Part shown: positions 44,864-58,727 of the stretch, piece by piece
Numbering within the stretch: position 1 is the stretch's first letter
Layout of the letters: every line of letters starts with the position of its first letter
Assembly (NCBI GenBank): GCA_951406725.2
Contig: OX597836.1
Span: 25,296,001-25,360,000, forward strand
Length of the DNA: 64,000 nt
Direction of reading: 5' to 3'
From: Octopus vulgaris
Lineage: Eukaryota
Program-made: the position numbers and the translations under genes
Notes under the pieces: model-generated
Databases searched by the model: none
Told to the model about the DNA's origin: nothing
The model's input: the letters and a program-made list of their open reading frames with translations, nothing else

Positions 44864-45487
44864 CTGAGCGAGAAGTAAACAGTAGTAGTACAGGGTCGTA
44901 AAATATAATTGCCAACTAAATGTGGCGGTGCCATAGAGGACGTTGCTACTGTTGTTTTAGCCCCAGGAAGACAGCTCCTCTAGCTGGCTAACGACACACT
45001 GTCTGTATTCGATTAGGGACTGCTTCATTTAGTTGGCAATTATATTTTACGATTCCAAATAGAGATATAGGCGTGGGTGTGTGGTAAGAAGGTTGCTTTC
45101 CGACCGCATATTTCCGGGTTCAGGCCCAATATGTCACGTATTTGGCAAGTGTCTTCTACTATAACCTCAGGCAGACTATAGACTTGTGAGTGGATTTGGT
45201 AGAAGGAAACAGAAAGTGGCTCGTCGTGTATATGTGTGAGTATGCGCGTGCGTATATGTGTGTGTGTGTGTTTATGTGTCTATGTGTCTATGTTTGTTCC
45301 TCCACCATCGCTTGACAACTGGTGTTGAGCTGTTTGCATCTCCATAACCTAGCGGTTCGGCAAAGAGACCGATAAAATAAGTACCAGGCTAATAAAGAAT
45401 AAGACCTGGGGTCGAATTGTTCGACAAAAGCACTTCAAGGCTACGCTCCAGCATGGCCACAGTCAAAGTGCTGAAACAATATCACAA

Positions 45488-46495
45488 TCTCCTGCATAGG
45501 ATAACTGCTGTATTTGTTGAGTATTTAAACAGTTTATAAAGTGTTAAACATATTCGGTATGCAAATTAGGGACTCCTGCATAGAATAACTGCTGCATTTG
45601 TTGTGTATTTAAAAAGTTTGAAAGGGTTAAACATTTTCCGTATGCAAATTAGGGACTCCTGCATAGAATAACTGCTGCATTTGTTGTGTATTTAAAACGT
45701 TTGAAAGGGTTAAACCTTTTCGGTATGCAAATTTGGGATTCCAGCATAGAATTAACTTCTGTATTTGTTGAGTATATATAGAGTTTACAGAGCGGTTCAA
45801 CATTTTCGGTATGCAAATTAGGGACTCCTGCATAGAATAACTGCTGCATTTGTTGAGTATATATAGAATTCATAGCTCAGTTCAACATTTTCGGTATGCA
45901 AATTAGGGACTCCTGCATAGAATAACTGCTGAATTTGTTGAGTATATATAGAATTCATAGAGCAGTTCAACATTTTCGGTATGCAAATTAGGGACTCCTG
46001 CATAGAATAACTGCTGAATTTGTTGAGTATATATAGAATTCATAGAGCAGTTCAACATTTTCGGTATGCAAATTAGGGACTCCTGCATAGAATAACTGCT
46101 GAATTTGTTGAGTATATATAGAATTCATAGAGCAGTTCAACATTTTCGGTATGCAAATTAGGGACTCCTGCATAGAATAACTGCTGCATTTGTTGAGTAT
46201 ATATAGAGTTTATAAAGCGGCTCAATATTTTCGGTATGCGAATTAGGGACTCCTGCATAGAATAACTGCTGCATTTGTTGAGTATTTAACCAGTTTATAA
46301 AGTATTAAATATTTTTTGGTATGCAAGCTAGGGACTCCTGCATAGAATAACTGCTGTATTTTTTGCGTATTTAAACAGTTTATAAAATGTTAAACATTTT
46401 TGGTATGCAACTTTGGGACCGCTTCATAGAATAACTGCTGTATTTGTTGAGTATTTAAACAATTTATACAGTGTTAAACATTTTCGATATGCAGT
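45488..46495. repeat. 85-bp tandem satellite, about 12 units
   Basis: gggactcctgcatagaataactgctg at 85-bp spacing (45821, 45906, 45991, 46076, 46161, 46246, 46331). The central units are identical and the edges are diverged. Confidence 0.95.
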
Positions 46496-47421
46496 GGATT
46501 GCGATATTTAATAAGCTTTGAGAATCTATCACGACGAAGCGTCTAAACGGATCTGTAAATAACCCAGATTCACTACAACAATGCGAAGCTGTGCGCATCT
46601 TCGCCAACAAATCACGTAATCGGGAAATTTGGCTGGTCAACAATTTAGCGTTTGTTGTAGAGTCCGGGTCTTCACATTCTCTTCCATCTGCTTGGTCCAA
46701 TAGAGGACAGGTCTTCGGGAATAAAGAACTTCATGACACAGACGAAGTGAAAGGGACTGTGAAGATTTGAGGACAACAACACACTTTTGAATTTTTTTCC
46801 AAAGAAGACTCGTGAGTTGTGTACAACGATGGTGCCAATACATCGTTTTGGGATAAAGGCTATTTTGTGTAGCACCATTGTAGAGAGGAAGAGTTGCTCC
46901 GTACATATGGTGTGTATGATGACCAACTCATGCCGTCTGTTGATATAAAAGTTATATCATTCTTTGTATTATTTTCGTTAGAATCCCCGCGTCTGAGCAC
47001 GCATGCGTTTCTCTATACGTGCTTAGGGCAAAGAACCCCTTCGGTCATGAAGGAGCATGGGCTGCACCTAGAAAGTTCCCCTCCAAGGCAATGCCCAGGC
47101 AAGGTTGTTTATGGAAGACCAGCAGTCGCCTATGCATACCAGCCTCCCCGCTCCTCACCACCGATGTTATCCAAGGGACAAACAAAGAGGCAGAGTGAAA
47201 TGGAGCAACATGAAATAAAGTGTCTTGCTCAAGAACACACACAGCCCTGTCCAGGAATTGAACTCACTACCTCATGATTGTGAGCCCGACGTTCTAACAA
47301 ATTAGCCATCTGCCTTCATGAATGCATACACATATATTCATAAACACACACATACATACATACATACATACATACATACATACATACATACATACATACA
47401 TACATACATACATACATCTCA

Positions 47422-47814
47422 GGAGGCGCAATGGCCAAGTGGTTAGGGCAGCAGACTCGCGGTCATAGGATCGCGGTTTCGATTCCCAGACCGGGCGTTG
47501 TGAGTGTTTATTGAGCGAAAACACCTAAAAGCTCCACGAGGCTCCGGCAGGGGATGGTGGTGATCCCTGCTGTACTCTTTCACCACAACTTTCTCTCACT
47601 CTTACTTCCTGTTTCTGTTGTACCTGTATTTCAAAGGGCCGGCCTTGTCACTCTCTGTGTCACGCCGAATATCCCCGAGAACTACGTTAAGGGTACACGT
47701 GTCTGTGGAGTGCTCAGCCACTTACACGTAAATTTCACGAGCAGGCTGTTCCGTTGATTCGGATCAACCGGAACCCTCGTCGTCGTAACCGATGGAGTGC
47801 TTCCAAAAAAAAAA
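47422..47814 (+). mobile_element. SINE family A copy within (CATA)n
   Basis: Full match. A further copy lies at 63553-63919(-). Confidence 0.88.
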
Positions 47815-47878
47815 TACATACATACATACATACATACATACATACATACATACAAACATACATACACACACACACACA

Positions 47879-47943
<65 letters not shown>

Positions 47944-48116
47944 CAAGCCCCATATACATGTATGGTGTAATCATCAATTAACGATGTGATTTCCTCTATT
48001 CTTGTTCGTGATGCCAGTTATTCCAGATTTCCCGAAATTCTAAACGATATTTGAATGTATTTGTCATCCAGCGAGGTGACATTATCAGAAAGCTAAAAAC
48101 GATGCAAAGGGCATTG

Positions 48117-48287
<171 letters not shown>

Positions 48288-48305
48288 ATATATATATATA
48301 TATAT

Positions 48306-48370
<65 letters not shown>

Positions 48371-48439
48371 TATATATGTATATAAGGTTGTCAATTGTGG
48401 AACACGAGTGGAACACGACTGTCACTACTACTACTACAT

Positions 48440-48477
48440 AAGCCTGATGATTGCGTAATGCATGAAAGTACTAGCTT
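48440..48477 (+). ncRNA. Minimal hammerhead ribozyme
   Basis: AAGC-CUGAUGA-U-UGC(GUAAU)GCA-U-GAAA-GUACUA-GCUU, with palindromic AGUACU at stem III. It sits about 60 bp from (TA)n. Confidence 0.6.
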
Positions 48478-49444
48478 TATTACAATGAACAATGAATATA
48501 TAATATTTTATTATTACAATACTGTAAAATTGTAAACAATTGTAAATAATAAAACGTGAAAACCAGACCATGTTGAAATTTCATAGATTGATATGTTCTA
48601 TACACAATAATACAAACTCGGATTTCTAACTATATACGAAGCTTGTAAGCTTTGAACAGTTCGTGGTAGGTATAAAAAAGAAACAATGTTCTGGAACAAT
48701 AATAATTCACAGGCGTCGAAAGTTGTAGGCTTTTCTCATGACGCAGTTCGATAACTTAAAAAAAAAAACTGATAAAATACTGGCTACCTATGTAGCCTGG
48801 ATTTGCATATATATATATTTGCATATACGTAATTCAGGTTAATTCTTTCAGCCGGTTATCCATATGTCAGAAAACAAAGCACAAAGAGAAAGAAATTTTG
48901 AGCAGTTATATTTTATGTAGTCGATTAGTATATCATTGATAATGACATATAACCGGTTAGAAAGTAAAGTTACCGTTGGTTTCATGCCTACCATTGCACT
49001 TGGCAATATAGGCGACTCATCAGTCCCGCTCGCCGCAAGAACAAAACCTTTTTACTAAAAGAGGTAAATATTCAGTCTTAGTCAGTTGAAGAAAAGAAAG
49101 AAAGAAAAAAAAGACGACATACAAAGTCCCTTTATGAGAGGGTTTTTGAACGATTCCATTTGCGGTCGAAATGGATTAGTCTATGTACGCTTTTCCGTTT
49201 TCTAATTTACAAAAGAGGAAAACCACGTTTCCAAAACGAATTTTCTGTTATGAGGGCATCGGCTAAAAATTTCCCCTTTTTTCTTTTAGTTCAAGAAGGC
49301 TCCCGGATCGTGAGAATTTATCAGGCTCATTGTCCTCTCAGCAAAGCAAAATTTGCACCGTCCGCTTCTGTTGAGATATGGTTCAGGTTGTTCCAGGAGC
49401 TTCCAGTTAATTTTGCATGGTGTTCCCATTTCTTTTAATCGCTA

Positions 49445-49625
49445 TATATAGCTGGCTAATGTTGCAGCGTTGCACCTCTCTGAAATCCTAAAAGACAACC
49501 TTGTGAATGGTGTCAGTAAAAGAGTTTTGAACCTATCTTCTAATAAAGATATCTTTGACGCTGCGGACCCCTATTATAACAAGGCTCTGGCAACTAGCGG
49601 GTCGAGTTTAAGGACCACACCACCA
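49445..49625 (+). mobile_element. Penelope-like element RT C-terminal fragment
   Basis: HLSEILKDNLVNGVSKRVLNLSSNKDIFDAADPYYNKALATSG resembles the PLE RT thumb pattern HP..I......I..R...LSS....F......Y..AL..SG. Confidence 0.7.
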
Positions 49626-49630
49626 ATACG

Positions 49631-49664
<34 letters not shown>

Positions 49665-50979
49665 TGTATGTATGTATGTATGTATGTATGCATGCATGCA
49701 TGCATGTATGTATGTATGTATGTATGTATGTATGTATGTATGTATGTATGTATATATGTATGTATGCATGCATGCATGCATGAATGTATGTATGTATGTA
49801 TGCATGCATGCATGCATGTATGTATGTATGTATATATGTATGTATTATGCATGCATGCATGCATGTATGCATGTATGTATGTATGCATGCATGCATGCTG
49901 CATGTATGTATGTATGTATGTATGTATGCATGAATGCATGCATGTATGTATGTATGTATGTATGTATGTATGTATGTATGTATGTATATATGTATGTATG
50001 CATGCATGTATGTATGTATGTATGTATGTATGTATGTATGCATGTATGTATGGATGTATGTATGTATAAATATATACATATAAACACACATTTAAAGTTA
50101 ACACAGTGGTGCAAATTTCTGAGAATTTCTGTGATTGTTGCTGTCGCCGTCGCCGCCGCCGTCGCCGTCGTCATATTCGACGTTGTTGTTGCTCTTGTTG
50201 GCGGCGGTGGTGGTGATGGTGGTGATTGTAGTAGTGGTGGTGGCGGTGGTTGCTTTGGTGGGATTGTGGATTCGTGGTGAGTCGATAGTTTTTACAACGA
50301 AGACCGTAGTTGCAGGTACTAAGTGATCGTGCATAAATATCCATAAATAAATACTTTCGTTGTGTGAACATTTCCCAGTAATGAGGTCCGCAAACACAAC
50401 AAAGCAATTCTCAAAAAACGAGCTCTTCATTCCGCTCCAGAACCAGAAAAAAACACTTGACCTAAATTACAACAAATAATAAAGTTTCCCATGAATTTGT
50501 AGGAAACAGTTTTTCGCCTGTAACAAGAGGTATGGACTGTGTATATTTGTCCTAAATTTCCGATTTTTATTTCTTAAAATGGCAGTATTTATACAAGAGT
50601 CACTGATATAGATTTCAACTGAACTTTTGCTCACTCGTTCATCCTTCCACAGATTTTTTTGTATCCGGTTTGCAAGGTTTTTATGCGAATTCGTGAGTTG
50701 AAGTAAATGTTGTTATGTCTAGACAAATTCATTATGCCACTATTCTTAACAAACGCACTTCATTAGTCGATTAGTTAAAACATAAGTTATTGTTCAACCT
50801 AATTAAACAATCAATCGATTCGTTAATTGGATATTTAACCTATTGACTAATGATAAAGGAATGGAATCGAACCAGTGCGTGTGTTAATAATATTGGCATA
50901 ATGACTGTCTCTAGACACAACAAAAAATTATACAGATCTTTTATCTTTTACTAATTTCAGTCATAAGACTGCAGCCATG

Positions 50980-51205
50980 GCCACACCATTGGTACTCCAA
51001 AGGGCATTTCGTATTTTTACCGGCTTTCCAGAATATCAGCCCTTCTATACCAATGTGACATACTTTGTGTGGACCCCTTGTTTAACACCAAAAGAAGAGA
51101 AGCATAGATTTTTTTAGAAGACCAGTAATATTTTGTCTCTGCTTAATGACAATATGTCTGCCACGAATGCAGCAGAATGTCCGGGTTGTTTGCGCATTTA
51201 CGTCA
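50980..51205 (-). mobile_element. Chapaev-like (CMC) transposase N-terminal fragment, frameshifted
   Basis: RKCANNPD/FCCIRG..KQRQNIT...PHKVC....W.AGK/MPFGVPMVW. Confidence 0.6.
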
Positions 51206-52999
51206 ATATGTATTCATTCAAAATGGCGTTCATAAGTAAATACCTATTTCTTTACTACCCACAAGGGGCTAAACACAGAGGGGACAAACAAGGGGATTAA
51301 GTCGATTATATCGACCCCAGTGCGTAACTGGTACTTAATTTATCGACCTCGAAAGGATGAAAGGCAAAGTCGACCTCGGAGGAATTTGAATTCAGAACGT
51401 AACGGTAGACGAAATACCTATTTCTTTACTGCCCACAAGGGGCTACACACAGAGGGGACAAACAAGGACAGACAAACGGATTAAGTCGATTACATCGACC
51501 CCAGTGCGTAACTGGTGCTTATTTAATCGACCCCGAAAGGATGAAAGGCAAAGTCGACCTCGGCGGAATTTGAACTCAGAACGTAACGGTAGACGAAATA
51601 CCGCAAAGCATTTCGCCCGGCGTCCTAACGTCTCTGTCAGCTCGCAAATACCACCAAAGACTGACCTCTGAACTACTAATGCAACATTAAAGCATCAGTT
51701 AGCAATTGTGTACACAGATTTGGAAGATTCATGTGGTCTGTAAGAGTTGCCAACAACTGTTTACTAAACTTTACATTGGCAGCTCTTTTACATTTACTAA
51801 TACCAGGTCAGCATTGATTTATAGCAATCTATTTTGTTGAGCAAAATTAATCAGATAATCACTGTCATCTGATTCTCTGGCACTATAATACGGGGAAAAA
51901 ACCAAGGCTTTATTACAGAAAAACAACGCGCAATGGAGGAAAACAAATAACAAATCTGAAATCAGTGTAAAGATTGCTTCCAAAGGTTATGTAGACATTT
52001 AAATGTGAAAAATCATGCAGTCTTGTGCTATTACAGTTATCAAGTACAAATTTCCCAATACATTCACAAAATATAAGAGAATCAATTAGAGGAGAAACAT
52101 GGAAAACTGTTTGTTGACTCAAAAACTAAATCTTAAATATTAAATCACACACACACACACACACACACACATGCACATCCATTATCTTCCATGTTTTCTT
52201 TTATGTCCCTGAATCAAACAAACGCACTGACACACATGTACATACATAAAAACATATATATACACATTTTTCTTTGTTTTTACGAAACGCTTACGCTTAT
52301 GTAATATTTCTCTATGTTTGTGTTTATATATGTATGTGTATAGGTATATAAATTTAAAATTTAATAAGGGTAGAAATTGATATTAATCAATTAAAACCAG
52401 TGGCCCAGCATATAAAAAAATCCGAAGATTAAAATATTTTTACATACAAAAGTCCTGCAAATTGTATTTCTATATGACAGACCATGCTGACGAGATTGGA
52501 GTTTATCCTTGCGGATATTAACAATCGAAACTGATCAGTACATGGGTAATCATTTTTATTTCGTATATTTTCATTTGTCTTGCTTATTTCTAATGCTTTG
52601 GTTTTGTGCTGAGTTTTTATTTGAGAACATATTCTTTGTGGAAAATAGCGATCTGACGTCTATATCTAGCAAGTTGACCGTCCACTTTTAGTGGTCAGTC
52701 CTTTAAATTTTGTATAGGTATATATATATATATGTATGTATGACAAACAATTCGCTCCTTCTGTATGTAGTTGTTTGTGTGCGGGGGTGGGGTACTGAAA
52801 AGCTCCTGGCTTTGGGCAACAAAAATACAAGAGGATCAGTTAATTACAATTTTATGATTTTATTCAGCATATTCCCCTTTCAGATTCACATACTTATTGC
52901 AGGGGTCCTTCAGTTTTTTCTAAGCCCTGTAAAAGAACTCAGAAGGTTGGGCTTTATATACATACCCAAATGCATATATATATATACATATATATATAT

Positions 53000-53343
53000 A
53001 GAGTGGTTGTATACTGTCAACTTAACGAGACAGTCCCGTAAAGGAATTACAACACCGCTGTTTAGCCCTAGGAAGCATCGACGCTTCCTGTCGGCCTTGA
53101 CACATTTTCTGTGTCCTTATATATTTATGAAGAGGAGACAAACACCCCCAACAGCTAGGCCTATACGTGTATCTAGATGCAGGCCTAGCTGTTGGGGGTG
53201 CTTGTCTCCTCTTCATAAATATATAAGGACACAGAAAATGTGTCAAGGCCGACAGGAAGCGTCGATGCTTCCTAGGGCTAAATAGCGGTGGTGTAATTCC
53301 CTTACGGGACTGTCACGTTAAGTTGACAGTATACAACCACTCT
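53000..53343. repeat. Palindrome with arms of about 160 bp in (TA)n
   Basis: agagtggttgtatactgtcaac...cagctaggcct / aggcctagctg...gttgacagtatacaaccactct, with a few mismatches. Confidence 0.93.
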
Positions 53344-53410
53344 ATTGCTCCACTACCGCACATATCTCTATGAGATATTTAGAAATTTAATATTTCTGAT
53401 ATATATATAT

Positions 53411-53493
<83 letters not shown>

Positions 53494-53793
53494 ACAATGA
53501 TAAATCTCAGAGCGAGTTATAAACAGTAGCGGCAACACATTGTGACGTATATTTGCCATTTGAATATGGCAAACCCCTAAGGGTGGATGCTACTGTAGTT
53601 TGTAGCCCCAGGAAGACACCTCCTCCAGCTGGCTATAGACACACTTTCTGTGCCCTATCAGTATTTGTGAAGGGAAGTCATCCTTCCCGTCTTCAACTCA
53701 TGATACACACGGACTCGAGTGTATTAATAATGATCACACCGGTCTTCCATAGATACAATTAAAAATAAAGAAATTATCAATAGTATTAAGAAC

Positions 53794-53897
53794 CTGCATG
53801 GTATGGACTGCTGTCTCGTGGCCTCGGAATGTTCTCTTCAGAGCTCCTGACTTGGCATCGAACGCACGACAGAATGTGTCACCACAGCCTGTAAAAA
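53794..53897 (-). CDS. WDR86: Internal (penultimate) exon of a WD40-repeat protein, WDR86-like
   Basis: Acceptor ttttatttctcAG at 53899-53898 and donor CAG|GTtctt at 53793. The exon is 104 nt, phase 1 in and phase 0 out, and encodes (x)FTGCGDTFCRAFDAKSGALKRTFRGHETAVHTMQ. This resembles the WDR86 C-terminal repeats (FTGSGDACARAFDAQSG..RVFRGH, recalled from memory; confirm by BLAST). I found no upstream exons in the window. Confidence 0.85.
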
Positions 53898-54331
53898 CTG
53901 AGAAATAAAAGGACTCCATCAATATTTGTTTATCATTCAGAAAAGATCTGTAAAATGCTAAAGATGCCATTTATTCTACCGATTCATTAAAAAAAAAACA
54001 AAAAAAAAAACATAAACACTCTCCCGTCGAATTGAAAAAGGAGCGCTATACCCCAACAGTCTTGTTTTTTTCTTTTTAACGTAGGGACTCTCGACGACAT
54101 TTTTTGACATATTCTCTTTTCTCTTTTTCTCTTTTACTTGTTTCAGTCATTTGACTGCGGCCATGCTGGAGCACCGCCTTTAGTCGAGCAAATCGACCCC
54201 GGGACTTATTCTTTCGTAAGCCCAGTACTTATTCTATCGGTCTCTTTTTGCCGAACCGCTAAGTGACGGGGACGTAAGCACACCAGCATCGGTTGTCAAG
54301 CAATGCTAGGGGTACAAACACAGACACACAA

Positions 54332-54366
<35 letters not shown>

Positions 54367-54854
54367 CAAACATATATACGACAGGCTTCTTTCAGTTTCC
54401 GTCTACCAAATCCACTCACAAGGCATTGGTCGGCCCGGGGCTATAGCAGAAGACACTTGCCCAAGATGCCACGCAGTGGGACTGAACCCGGAACCATGTG
54501 GTTGGTTAGCAAGCTACTTACCACACAGCCACTCCTATGGACCACTTTCGTTGCTATTTTTCTCTAATGGACCCCCATAGCCATTTATTGATATTTTACC
54601 TTCAAAATTGTTTTATTTTATTTTCCATTCTCTTTTACACTTTTACTTGTTTCAGTCATTTGACTGCGGCCATGCTGGAGCACCGCCTTCAGCCGAGCAA
54701 ATCGACCCCCAGGACTTATTCTTTGTAAGCCTAGTACTTATTCTATCGGTCTCTTTTCCCGAACCGCTAAGTTACGGGGGGACGTAAACACACCAGCATC
54801 GGTTGTCAAGCGATGTTGGGGTGACAAACACAGACGCACAAACATATACACACG

Positions 54855-54908
<54 letters not shown>

Positions 54909-55781
54909 TATATATATATACATATACATATATACGACGGGCTTCTTTCAGTTTCCGTCTACCAAATCGACTCACAAGGCTTTGGTCGGCTCAAGGCTTA
55001 TAGTAGAAGACACTTGCCCAAGGTACCACGCAGTGGGACTGAACCCGGAACCATGTGGCTGGTAAGCAAGTTACTTACCACACGGCCACTCCTGTGCCTC
55101 ATTCACTTTTATTCTTCAATCTTTTACTTGTTTCAGTCATTATATTGCGGCCGTGCTTCATTCCTTGGTACACCCCTCTAACGTGACGAATGGAATAACC
55201 TAGTCATTATAAATAAAGAGAAGTACGTGAAGTACCAGGGTATGTAGTAGGGGTTCAAAGATAGGCGTATCTTTTAATGGTTTTACTAAGTATACTGTAT
55301 ACCGGAGTGGGCCTTATAACAATCCAACGTTTTAAGGATTACAACAGATTCAAATTATATGAAAAGGTAGCTCTAGAAATAAAGCAATGAGCTTTTTCCG
55401 TTGAATCATTTTGATAAATTCTAATTTCAGCTTCCTCTACATCATCCCAACCACTACTAAAACACTCCTCCTCCTGTTCCTCCTCCTCCTCCCTCCTCCC
55501 CCTCCTCTTCGTTTTTTTATTCTCTTTACTTCTCATAACATTATGTACTTAACCGTCTGCATATTTTTTATTTCTATTCTCATTTTGATCCTTTATTATC
55601 TTTACATTTATATTAATTTTATATTTTTCTATATTCAAAATTCCTATAATCTTGTAAATTCTTATCTACTTCTATACTTTCTTTAACCCCTCGCATGTTT
55701 TCCAAATTATATTGTTTTCATGACAGCTATATGAGTATACACATTTTTTTATGTACATGTTTATATATATATCTATATCTA

Positions 55782-55834
<53 letters not shown>

Positions 55835-55849
55835 AATACAAAAAATGGG

Positions 55850-56967
55850 ATCAGAACATAAAACATCAAGACAGATGATACAAAAAATCCAGCATTGTTT
55901 CCATTGATGGAAGCATTCCTGGAACTCGTTTTTCGGGATAATCAGCAGCTGACTCATCACATAGACATTCTGAAATCTTCTTCCTTTCAAGCAGGATTTG
56001 ATTTTTGGAAAAAGGAAAAAGACGCAAGGGGTGAAATCTGGGGAATACGGTGGCTGTCGGAACTGGGGAAAGCTGTGCCTAGCCAAAAACTGCTGTACAA
56101 GCTGCGCTGAATGGGCAGGTGCGTTGTCATGGTGCAATTACCACTGACCAGACGCATGCTATTATGGCCTTTTCCGACGAATAGCAAAACGTCACAGTAG
56201 TACTCCTTGTTTGCTATCTGACCAGCTGGAGCATACTCATGATGAGCAATCCCCTTGTAATCGAAATAAACTGTCAACAGTGTCTTCACATTGCTTCGAC
56301 TGAGCTTTTGCTTCGGGGTCAGAGCCGTAAACCTACGATTCATCACCCGTTAAGACTGTTTTCAAAAAGTTTTCATCGTTCTCGACTCAATCAAGATCTT
56401 GTGCAACTGAAACCCATGTGTCTTTTTGGTCAGCTGAAAGCAGTTTTGGTATAAACTTGGCAGACACGTATCTCATACCCAAATCTTCAGTGATAATGGA
56501 CTGAACTGAACCGTAACTAACCTCCACATACTCCGATAACTTCCACTCACAGCTGCATGCACATCTACGATGTTTTTCTCAGTTCTGGTGGTTGCGGGTC
56601 TCCCAGAGCGTTCCTTACTATAGAAATTGTTTCGGCCATCTTGGAAAAGTCTGAACCACCTGTACAATTGTGTGCGGTTCATACACTCCTCTCCATACAC
56701 TTTCTGCAAGTTTGCGTCGGCCTCTGAGCAAGTATCACCATTGATGGAGATTCTCTGCTCAACTTTCTCTATCCTGGTCAGTGCGACAACCACACGTTAC
56801 ACACCTTCCTTCAAAGCTCCACTGTAAACAGCGGAAGTGAACTAGAAAGTTAAAACTTAGTGCTTATGCACAGCAGAATTTAAGGTCAGTCTGTGCATAG
56901 CTGCTTCACTCTGCATGCTTTAGCTTCGTTACTATACATAATTCCAGATACATATTGGTCAGACCAC

Positions 56968-56970
<3 letters not shown>
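55850..56970 (-). mobile_element. Degenerate mariner transposon
   Basis: HHDNAPAH...PPYSPDFTPCVFFLFPKIK..LKGRRF, an N-terminal HTH (KVEQR..LQKVYGEECM.R..YRWF..FQDGR..RSGRP), and a TIR-like end at 56941-56970 in TA. Confidence 0.9.
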
Positions 56971-57014
<44 letters not shown>

Positions 57015-57037
57015 CATATATATGCGTTATATATATA

Positions 57038-57097
<60 letters not shown>

Positions 57098-57144
57098 GTA
57101 TGTATGCATATATATATGTATATATATATAAATGTGTGTCTATA

Positions 57145-57203
<59 letters not shown>

Positions 57204-57359
57204 ATATGTATATATGTATATAGGTATATATCTATATCTATATCTATCTATCTATCTATTTATATAGAGGGAAAGTTTACGAAAAAAACGAAAGACGAAG
57301 ACAGGTGGTGTACAAAACAAACAGATGTATTAGTATAGCGCTCAGGAATAGAAAAAAGT

Positions 57360-57395
57360 CTTTTACGTTTCGAGCCTACGCTCTTCTACAGAAAG
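57360..57395 (-). ncRNA. 36-nt hammerhead-like motif, A6U family
   Basis: CUUU-CUGUAGA-A-GAGC(GUAG)GCUC-GAAA-CGUA-AAAG. Siblings lie at 8838-8873, 31765-31800 and 63424-63459 (all minus). Confidence 0.55.
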
Positions 57396-57444
57396 GTACA
57401 CAGAAAAAAACAAGGTGAGAAAAAATATGTGTAGTGGCTAACGA

Positions 57445-57504
<60 letters not shown>

Positions 57505-57871
57505 TCCCCACCCCGTTAACTATTTTCCTCTTGTTCTGGTTTCGTTTGGTGTCTTTGTATGTCCTCACTGTTATTTTTTGCTCCCATCTTTGACCTTCCA
57601 TAAATCCTAAATTTCATTTTAGAATTTATGGGAGCAACTATATTGTCGTTGAATGCTCAAAATGAGGAGTAGATAAACAACCCACAACTGATGAAGGGTC
57701 CTTTCTCTGTGTTTACTTGTGCTGTTTTCCATTTTTTCTCGTTGTTTGCGTATTTCACTCGTTTTCCCCTCGTTCGTTTACGTATTTCACGTTATTTGCA
57801 CCGATGGTGATGTCCTGTATCCATATATGCATGTATATATATATGTTTATATATTGTATATTATTTATTTT

Positions 57872-57941
<70 letters not shown>

Positions 57942-58212
57942 ATATTGTATATTATTTATTATTTCTATGTGTGTATGTATATATATATATATATACACCC
58001 CACACATACAATGTATGTATGTATATTATATATTCTTTTATTCTTTTGTTTGTTCCAGTCATTTGACTGCGGCCTTGCTGGAGCACCGCTTTTTAGTTGA
58101 ACAAACCGACCCCAGGACTTATTCTTTGTAAACCTAACACATACATACATTGTATGTGTTTATACAGTGTATGCATGTGTTTATATACATACACATGTGA
58201 CTATGCATGTGC

Positions 58213-58271
<59 letters not shown>

Positions 58272-58274
<3 letters not shown>

Positions 58275-58727
58275 TCGTGGCCGTGGCACGTAAAATACTC
58301 CAATGCGACCGTATGACAGGCACCCTTGCCAACCCCCTTTGCTTGTGAAGACATGTTGGGGCAAGCGAAATCGAAATCGAATTGAACCAGCCAGGATCCC
58401 TGGTCTGGTGGTACGTAAAAAGCACTATCCGACTCGTGGCCGATGCCAGCACCGCCTCGACTGGCTTCCGTGCCGGTGGCACATAAAATACACCAATATG
58501 ACCGTGGCCGTTGCCAGCCCCGCCTGGCACCTGTGCAGGTGGCACGTAAAAAGCACCCACTACACTCACGGAGTGGTTGGCGTTAGGAAGGGCATCCAGC
58601 TGTAGAAACATTGCCAGATTAGACTGGAGCCTGGTGCAGCCTTCTGGCTTCCCAGAACCCCGGTCGAACCGTCCAACCCATGCTAGCATGGAGAACGGAC
58701 GTTAAACGACGATGATGATGATGATGA
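58272..58727 (+). mobile_element. RTE-related SINE-like element with a (GAT)n tail
   Basis: ggcgttaggaagggcatccagctgtagaaa motif, internal ggcacgtaaaa repeats, and an end reading acgttaaacgacgatgatgatg. Confidence 0.65.

Noticed and set aside
45488-46495. Regularly spaced repeats resembling a CRISPR array
   Set aside because: The units are fully tandem with no unique spacers, there are no cas genes, and the context is eukaryotic.
46500-46926. Possible Merlin or other transposase fragment next to the 85-bp satellite
   Set aside because: No diagnostic motif could be recognised with confidence.
47422-47500. tRNA gene
   Set aside because: It is a SINE head with A/B boxes and no complete cloverleaf, and it continues into the SINE body.
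53240-53335. Resemblance of the multi-hairpin motif to twister-sister or pistol ribozymes
   Set aside because: Only short word matches (caaggccgac, taaatag). The required pseudoknot and pairings are not conserved across the other copies.
53794-53888. Alternative in-frame acceptor (tttttacAG at 53890-53889)
   Set aside because: It would remove the conserved FT residues of the FTG motif in the WD repeat. The upstream AG fits better, although this one cannot be excluded without reads.
57689-57720. CTGATGA hits at 5573, 17942 and 57689, and a weak fold at about 59310-59350, as hammerheads
   Set aside because: There is no properly placed GAAA or no closing stems.
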